Below, one piece after another: positions 55,061 to 64,000 of a stretch of DNA of 64,000 nucleotides. The stretch spans positions 84,940,001-85,004,000 of the forward strand of contig OX597822.1 in assembly GCA_951406725.2 (NCBI GenBank), read 5' to 3'. The translations under genes and the position numbers were made by a program. The stretch is from Octopus vulgaris. Its lineage: Eukaryota. Under the pieces are notes generated by a model, which searched no databases, was not told the origin of the DNA, and saw only the letters and a program-made list of their open reading frames with translations. Positions within the stretch are counted from its first letter, which is position 1, and every line of letters starts with the position of its first letter.

Positions 55061-55868
55061 TTATTATATTTACTTTACATGATTACGATTTTACGTTCAC
55101 TTTCAAGTCTTTCTCAATTATCTCCCTTTATGCTGTTTCCAAAGTTTTATTTCCGTTTCCCTATTATTAATTTTACTCGCCTCTCTATCTTAGTAGAAGC
55201 TGATGGATAAATAAATCAAACTACATAAATAAACAGCAGCAAAACCGTTCAGAAATTAAATAACACTAACATATTTTTATTATATATATATTATACATAC
55301 ATATTAAAACTTTACAGTATATTTACATATATACATACATCTATACATCGATCTAAAACAACAGGAATACTAAAGGAAGGCCGGAATTTAAGAGAAGACA
55401 AAACCAAATGGTCTCATACTATTCCTTTAAAAATTCCTGAGTAGAACTTATTGTTATTACCTCTGCCTTTGAAACTATTTTGAATGGTGAATTGGTTAAC
55501 TTTGGCTTGTATTAGATAAGGATAAACTATTTATTACTGTTACTAAATTTTCTACGGCCATCTTCACATTCCATCACTACCATTGGGATCGATCAGGTAC
55601 CTAACAAGGATTGTGGATAATTTTTCCGGTTTCTTTACTTTTTTTTTGAGAGCAGTTGGGTTCATTTTTCGTATTCTCGTTTGTGAGAGCAGTCGAATTT
55701 ACTTCAGATATTCTCATTTTAAAAATCATCTCTGGCTAATCGTTGAGAGAGCACTTTGGTGTTGCCTTGGCGGAGATTTGCTCTCTTGGCTGCTTTTGTT
55801 CTGTTTTGTTTCTTCTGTAGAAAAATTACCGGTGTAGGATAGAAACATTATGCGTGCACGAACACACA

Positions 55869-55965
<97 letters not shown>

Positions 55966-56335
55966 ACACACACACACACTCTTTCAATAATTGGAAACAG
56001 ACTGCTTCACCCCGTGGCTTCTAGTTTCTTATTCTTCACTGCGATGTAGACGGGACCATAGTATCAACGGAGTGAAGTTTCAATTATAAATAAATTAATA
56101 CACAACAATATTTTTGTATTCAATATAGTTTTCCAGTATCATGCGAAACGTAAGTAGCTACCACTTACAAAAATGTTGTGTTGTTCATTAATACCAAAGC
56201 TCCATCATAAATAGTAGATTTCCTTGCTCGCGTGTCATTTATACATTTGATATGTTTGATATAAAGAAGAAAAAAAAACACTGTTTACGCGAGAATAGAT
56301 TAAAAGGTCACGTATTTTGCACTTGAAAATGAAAG

Positions 56336-56593
56336 AAACGATTGAAGTATTGTGACACTATAAGAACTAAAATAACTGCAAACTTATCGCAATATCATTA
56401 GAGAACAGTATTACGCAATATCGTTGATATCGAAAAATAAACACTCGTTAATGGATTGTCGAGCGCATTATCGAGACGCATCGTCCAGCATTTCTTTTCC
56501 GATATCAATGATATAGTGAAATACTATTCTCTAATCCTACTTCGATACGTTTGCAGTTATTTTGGCTTATATGCTTCCTTACTTCAGTCGTTT
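56336..56593. repeat. Diverged fold-back (MITE-like) inverted repeat with ~110-bp arms
   Basis: AAAATAACTGCAAAC pairs with GTTTGCAGTTATTTT, ATTAGAGAA with TTCTCTAAT, and TTGATATCG with CGATATCAA. Confidence 0.75.
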
Positions 56594-56724
56594 GATTAGC
56601 TGGTAACGTGAAGCTTAGATCTACGGTTCAAGAAGTCCTACCTTCTAATAATGACGATGATCACACTGAAACTAAGACCTAATAATAACAATAACACTAA
56701 AACATGATAATAATAATAATAATG

Positions 56725-56835
<111 letters not shown>

Positions 56836-57271
56836 TGTATGTTGATGATAGTAATAACATATGTATGTATGTATATACATATATATACACATATATATGT
56901 ATATATATATATATATATATGTATACATATATATATACACATATATATATACATACATATATATATATATTTATATATATCTATATGTATATTTAGGTAT
57001 GTATATAAATGAATATGTATGTATCTGTGCATAGCTTTATAAATATCTGCATATACATAGTTAGATACAGTGTTTACATGAAAAGTAAATATCTGGGGAA
57101 GGATATCATTAAGTGTTGACGGCAACAACGTTTGTCTGATAATGTTTACATTGCTATGACACACGCACATGCATTCACCCATCAACACAAACATATACAC
57201 AAACACAAATAGCTTCACTAAGAAACAGTAACAGTATTGTTTACACACGCTCATACATATATGTATTTATG

Positions 57272-57303
<32 letters not shown>

Positions 57304-57619
57304 AACACTAACACACACTCATAAGTATATATACACATATATGTATATGAATATGTATATATATATATATATACATAAATATATATACATATATATAAAT
57401 ATGTATGTGTATATATATATCTATATATATATATATATACACATACATATATATACGTATATGTATGTATACGTATGTGTGTATATACATATATATGTGT
57501 GTGTGTATGTATATATATATATATATACATGTGTATACATAAACACGGTATATGGTTGCATATACCGTAGAAGTATACAAAATGTACTCACTGTCAAACA
57601 TAGATATTGGTATGCTGCA

Positions 57620-57697
<78 letters not shown>

Positions 57698-58251
57698 AAA
57701 AACAGCAACAACATCCTTAATAATGATATATAATGTATATTTGGATACACAAGTATATAAATACATTCACAGGCACAAACATATATATACACACACGTGC
57801 ATATAGACACACACACACACATACACACACACATGATACTCATACTCACATGGTGTGTAGATAAATGTATGATATATGAGTGTGTATATATATATGAATG
57901 TGTGTATGTGTGAGATAGACGTGTGTATATTGTGAGCGTGTGTGTTTATACATAAATATACACACATGGTCGTTGCCGTATTTATATGTTGAAGTTAGTT
58001 TACAGTTATTTTCAGATGTTTTCGTCGTCAAACCTTCACAATTTAAAAAAAATTTTTTTACATACCCACACATTGCCAGCGTACGCATTAGATTAATGCA
58101 TGTATGTATATATATGCATACACATACACACACACAAACAAATATATATTTTGTCAGGCAAGATGGTGGGGGATTCCTCTGAGTTGAAATCTCTTATAGA
58201 TGTACTGAGTTAAAACGCACTATACATACATACATGCATACATACATATAT

Positions 58252-58322
<71 letters not shown>

Positions 58323-58577
58323 CATATGCACACATATAATCTACGGATAACAACAGGTAATCGAAAGTGTGCCGGTACTTTATTCATCACCAATTTATAC
58401 TGTTTTCTCCCCTATCCTCTCTAGTTCTCTTTTTCTCCATCTCATCTTCTGAATCTCTCCCTGTCTCTCATACATACATACATACATACATACATACATA
58501 CATACATACATACATACATACATACATACATACATACATACATACATACTTACATACATACATACATACAAACAAAA

Positions 58578-58682
58578 GCACCATGTTGTTGATGTTGAAA
58601 TTCCAATGTAGGAGTCTTGGATTTAGGTTAGAAACTGGCTATTTCTCTATTGACAAGAAATCTTGAAATAAAACTGAATACC
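58578..58682 (+). repeat. Short interspersed repeat (also at ~130-210 and, inverted, at 32065-32180)
   Basis: Shared TGTTG(G/T)TGAT..AAATTCCAATG core. Confidence 0.55.
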
Positions 58683-58727
58683 GTGCATACATACATACAT
58701 ACATACATACATACATACATACATACA

Positions 58728-58760
<33 letters not shown>

Positions 58761-58939
58761 GTGTGTGTTTGTGTATTAACTACTGATAGGAACACCGTAT
58801 TTCGTTTTGTAACCCTTACATCCAAGTTATCAAAAGTTTATAAGTCAATACATTGTACTATTCTTTGTGTGTTAGCAGTACGTTGGTGTTCCTCTATAAG
58901 TGTCTCCTATTAGCGTTCCCTATTATTAGTGTACCTCTA

Positions 58940-59102
58940 TTTCTTTATTGCCCACAAGAAGCTAAACATAGAGGGGACAAAGTAGGACAGACAAAGGGAT
59001 AAAATCGACTACATCGACCCCAGTGCGTAATTGCTACTTAATTTATCCACCCCAACGAAAGGATGAAAGGCAAAGGCGACCTCGGCTGAATTTGAACTCA
59101 CA
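58940..59102 (-). mobile_element. SINE family A, 5'-truncated
   Basis: Family A tail and core. Confidence 0.8.
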
Positions 59103-59284
59103 ACTTATTCATATGCAACCATTAACTATTTTTCTATCTTTGGGCGCATTGTTTACGTACACATATTCGAATACGAAATGTAACTTTCAGTGACGGCTCT
59201 AGATTTTATAGAAAAGCTGTAGCGATACACTTTTAAAAAATGCATTTGTGTACATACATACATATACATATTCATATATATATG

Positions 59285-59358
<74 letters not shown>

Positions 59359-59397
59359 TGAGAAAGTTGGTGTGATAAAGCATATATATATATAACC

Positions 59398-59635
59398 AGC
59401 TGCTCGTCAAAGTAACATAGTATCTGTCGCTCTCTGACAGGTTTATGGGCGAATCTGTGGCAGTGGAAACCTCTGGTGTTCGTCCCCCAGGCCACATCAC
59501 TATCGGAGAAGGGATGGCTATCCGCAAGTGCAAGACCCGTGGATAGTGAGTCTGTTCCAGTCCATCTCTCTCGTTATCCTCCGGGGCAACGCCTTTTCCA
59601 GTTTGTCCGCTGGAGCTATGAAGCGGACTGACAAG
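59398..59635 (+). mobile_element. CRE-clade non-LTR retrotransposon 3' end
   Basis: Reads KVT*YLSLSDRF..VAVETSGV...DP..LFQSISLVILRGNAFS, matching the CRE C-terminal PxAVETxG..QRxSxAIxRGNA pattern. Follows (TA)n. Confidence 0.65.
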
Positions 59636-59965
59636 CCCTTTTAGACATTTCTTTGCTGTGAGGAAGAGCAAAGATGAAATGATTTAGGCAGGACCCATCA
59701 TCAAGTTTAGAAAATTATATCATTAAGCGTTACGAGGCAAAATACAAAATACAAATAATAAACTGAACAACTCCAGCTCATGTCGAATGATTTAGAAAGT
59801 ATAAATTTGCATCCCTTGACAAACAAACCGTATAAAACCAGACAAAAAGAAAACTGGAGATAATTGATTGCCTACGCTCACATAATCCAGTCAGATTTTA
59901 CATCAGATGACTCGAGTTCATCACAACCGTGGATATAAAATAAGTTTTAAACCAATTCGAGGTTT

Positions 59966-60314
59966 TACAGATCTATATTTAAGAGATGAGAAATTATGTA
60001 CATTATTTACATTATTTACATTTGACGGATATTTGTCCGCATCTTGTTTGTTGTTAACACAACGTTTCGGCTGCTATATCCTCCAGCTTTCATCAGGTGT
60101 CTTGGAGAAATTTTGAGTTCGATTCCAAGCAGTGATCTAAATAATAACAAAAACAACAATAACAACAACAACATCGAAAAATAACTTAGGAATGAGAACC
60201 CAGGTTCGAAATTTCCCCAAGACACCTGATGAAGGCTGGAGAGTATATCAGCTGAAACGTTGTGTTAACAACAAACAAGATGAGGACAAATATCCGTCAA
60301 ATGTAAATAATGTA
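59966..60314. mobile_element. Second copy of the tRNA-headed hammerhead element, with two inverted hammerheads
   Basis: 13-bp TSD CAATTCGAGGTTT (59953-59965 / 60315-60327). Hammerheads on + at 60221-60266 and on - at 60056-60101. B box at ~60116-60127. Confidence 0.85.
60221..60266 (+). ncRNA. Minimal type I hammerhead ribozyme motif
   Basis: GACAC-CTGATGA-A-GGCTG-(10 nt)-CAGCT-GAAAC-GTT-GTGTT. Confidence 0.75.
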
Positions 60315-60980
60315 CAATTCGAGGTTTGTTTTACTTTGCCAACGAACTAATTCCATTGGGCCGATTAAAGGAAAGCAATTTTGTAATTCGACTTAGATGA
60401 GTAGAGTAAAGAGTCTTAGTGAAGAACTGATGCGAAACGTAAGTCTTGTAATAGCCTTTTGAGTAGGGAATATAAAACATTTCTGAAGTAAGTTGCTTCT
60501 CACAGGTATGAGCTGTTAAATGTCCTTAATAATATGAAACGAAGTCACGTCTTTTGACTGGAACGGTAATTGGAGTTACGAGCCGGGTGGCTGAAATTGG
60601 CATGATCTCTACTCGACCAATTGAATTTCTCAAGGCCGAGGAACTTGGTAAGAATGCGAAGTCTGTTGTCATTCCTCTACAGCAGATTGCCTTAACGAAC
60701 CGCTGGGGGAAGAGAGGTGGTGACTGTTTGATCAGCGGAAAAGTAAATGTTTATTAAGAATACAGAGAGAAAAAGTGAGAGCCTTTCACTACCATCCTTT
60801 CCCAGCGGTTACAATTTTACGGAGAATGCACATACATACATATACATACACAAAGTTGCACACACACATACTTATATTTATGTGTGGGTATATATATATA
60901 TATATACATACATATAAATATATATATATATACATACATATAAATATATATATGTATATATATATATATATAAATATATG

Positions 60981-61058
<78 letters not shown>

Positions 61059-61708
61059 TATACAAATATGCATACATAACTATATAATACCGCACATGTA
61101 CAAATATTGTTCATAATATACATAAAAAGGTCTGTTTATATAAACTTATCTCAGAATTTATTAATGTATTTTCAAAGCACATTTTCGCTGATAAACTTTT
61201 ACACTCGTCTGATGTTAGTTCGTATGTGTGCGTTGGCAAGTATGTGTTAGCAGCATCTAAATTGCTTTATTATGCAAACAAATGCACGCATACATATTGC
61301 ACACAACCGCTCACACATGCAGGATAAATAATATGCCTGAATTGCCCACCCAGTAAGTCATTTACAAAAGGGCGTAAAGATTTTAATTCCCGCTAGATTT
61401 CTCTGCTGCTAACTAGTTACTGGAAGAACTACATATCATTATTCCTGCTAAACTGCCGATTAAACCAAACCGTTTAACATAAGTAGACATTATAAGTTCT
61501 GTCACAAGTGATGACGGTTTCTCCCTCTTGTGAGCCTCCTTTGCTACAGGTTGTAAGTTCCCCATGTATTTACTTTGTCACACCATTAAAAAAAAAAAAA
61601 AACACAGATTGCATTTGCAGGGTAAGAAGTTCGATCTCAGCCTTGTCACCAAACCTCTAATTGTGTACCATTTTAATTGTTTCATTTTTTTTCCTTTTAG
61701 TTTGCTTA

Positions 61709-61865
61709 GGTGTAGCTGTGTGGTAAGAAAGTTGCTTCCCAGCCACATGATTCCGGGTCCAATCCTATTGGGAGGCCCCTTGTGTAAGCATCTTCTATTT
61801 TTGCCTCGGGTCGACCAAAGCTTTCTGAATGGATTTGATAGAGGGAAACTGGAAGAAGCGCGTGG
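61709..61865 (+). mobile_element. SINE family B 5' part
   Basis: Family B head. Confidence 0.75.
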
Positions 61866-61941
<76 letters not shown>

Positions 61942-61985
61942 CTTGTGTGTGTGCGTGCATGCGCGCGTGTGTGTGTGTTTATATA

Positions 61986-62123
61986 CAGGGGTTGGACAGA
62001 ATAATGGAAACACCTAGCATCATAGCATCATAATTTTGAAATATCTTTAAAACCCTCAAATGCTTGTTTATTTTTGTTTTTTGATTTATTGTTTGTGTTG
62101 CTTAATATGTTTTGATAAAATTG
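61986..62123 (+). mobile_element. Tc1 left-end fragment (same family as 1924 and 11426)
   Basis: TA followed by CAGGGGTTGGACAGAATAATGGAAACACCTAGCATCATAGCATC. Confidence 0.9.
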
Positions 62124-62425
62124 ATGCAATAAAGTGTTCGTCTGCAGAATTCCTATGCTTCAGCAACCAGTTGCACTATAAACGCCCACTGCAGCGATTG
62201 TAAATAACCATAATGGTGAAAGGTACGCAAAGAACAAATGCTATAAACTGCATTTGTTCTTGGAGACTAAATTCAGTCGGCCATCGGAGAAGGCCTTTAA
62301 GGGAGCCCACAACGGTGCAAGGAATTGGGTCAGGTCTTGTCTGTTGATAATTCCCTTACATTACACTCTGAGACTATTTCTTTATACGCTACATGTAGAT
62401 AGGGATTTTACGGACACTCTGTATT

Positions 62426-62508
<83 letters not shown>

Positions 62509-62549
62509 GTCTATCTGTCTACCTAGCTATCTGTCTATGTAACTGCCTG

Positions 62550-62587
<38 letters not shown>

Positions 62588-62687
62588 ATCTATCTAACTA
62601 TCTATCTATCTATCTATCTATCTATCAATCATCTATCTAACTCTCTGTCTATCTGTCTGTCTATCTATCTATCTATCTACCTACCTT

Positions 62688-62741
<54 letters not shown>

Positions 62742-63307
62742 CACACACGATAACTGCTTAGTTGAAGCATACTGAAGCGGAAGCACGTGTACATATCCAA
62801 GAACGAAAGAAAAAAATTTTCGTTTGTTACATGTCACATCCCGATATCTCTTCACGCTTGAGATTATCTCTCTTCTTTACACTAAGTTACGATTGTCATC
62901 AGTTGTTTTTCTTCTTTCGAAGCGAAGATTAACTCAATAGAACAAGAAGATGCTTTGTGTGGTTTGGGATATTTAATCTACCATTATTCTTTATTTGTCT
63001 TTTGATTTCTTTGTTTGCCACCGATGCTCATTTCTTATATATCTTATGCATATTTTAAATATCTTATAGATAGGCAAGGCTGTCAATAAAATATATAAAA
63101 AAACTTAGATATGTTTCGACCAGAGATTGGTCCAGGCCATGTCTAACTTAATAGCACATTTAATGAAAATATCGTAATCTCTCTTTTTTTTTAGATCTGA
63201 ACCCCACAAAACGGAATAGCTGCAGCAATCTGGCGAATGGAAGGTAGCAAATTCAATGACAGAAATTAGTTTGCAAAAATACATGAACTACCATATGAAC
63301 TTAAACA

Positions 63308-63651
63308 AGGAGTGGCTGTGTGATAAGAAGCTTGCTTACCAGCCACATAGTTCCGGATTCAGTCCCACTGCGTGACACTTTGAGCAAGTGTCTTCTGCTA
63401 TAGCCTTGGGTCGACCAAAGCCTTGTGAGTGGATTTGGTAGACGGAAATTGAAAGAAGCCCGTCGTATATATATATATATATATTTGGGGCTGGCCAGGT
63501 CGGAGCAATCTCAAGATTAATCAGCCGAAATTGCGAGGATGATCCGGTTCTTGACTGAAGATTGAAGGCTTCGAATGTCCCGTCCGTGTTTTTTGTATCG
63601 TCTTCTAAATGTTTTGCGTTCTTGTCCCAGTTTGTATTTTTTTACATATAC

Positions 63652-63695
<44 letters not shown>

Positions 63696-63920
63696 ATACA
63701 TATATGCATGTATGTATATGTGTGTTTGTGTCTGTCTGTCCCTCAACCATCACTTGACTATCGATGCTGGTGTTTACGTCTCCGTAACATAGCGGTTCGG
63801 TAAACGAGACCGATAGAATGAGTACTTGACTTACAAAGAATAAATCCTGGGGTCGATTTGTTCGACTAAAGGCGGTGCTCCAGCTTGGCCGCAGTCACTT
63901 AACTGAAACGAGTAAAAGAG
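63308..63920 (+). mobile_element. SINE family B with a (TA)n-anchored repeat (63485-63645) inserted in its internal microsatellite
   Basis: Head at 63308-63465 and tail at 63740-63920. The insert is homologous to the 10608 family. Confidence 0.85.
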
Positions 63921-64000
63921 TAAAAAAAATATGGGTTTAGTACATGATGGCCAAGTTGACGACCTCAAATATCAGTATAATAACAGTGTGGTGAATTCTG

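Noticed and set aside
60410-60450. GTGAAGA..CGAAACGTA hammerhead-like string
   Set aside because: The core is mutated, and stems I and II do not pair convincingly.

Overview
Eukaryotic, AT-rich, extremely microsatellite-dense non-coding DNA, either intergenic or a very large intron. The SINE families and repeat landscape resemble an octopus (coleoid cephalopod) genome; this is inferred from recognition, not from a search. I found no convincing host exon, and nearly all listed ORFs are microsatellite read-throughs. The window is a mosaic of transposon relics: Tc1 (three copies of one family), fold-back mariner derivatives, a Buster/SPIN-type hAT fossil with hAT MITEs, and RTE, R4/Dong, Tx1, CRE and HERO-like LINE fragments. 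It also holds three tRNA-derived SINE families, Penelope-like relics (one GIY-YIG fragment) and long near-perfect hairpins embedded in (TA)n. The most notable signal is a set of minimal hammerhead-ribozyme motifs. It includes a small element, present twice with 13-bp target-site duplications, that joins a tRNA-derived Pol III head to a hammerhead-bearing tail in an inverted, Penelope-like arrangement. This is a candidate Penelope-mobilised ribozyme SINE.
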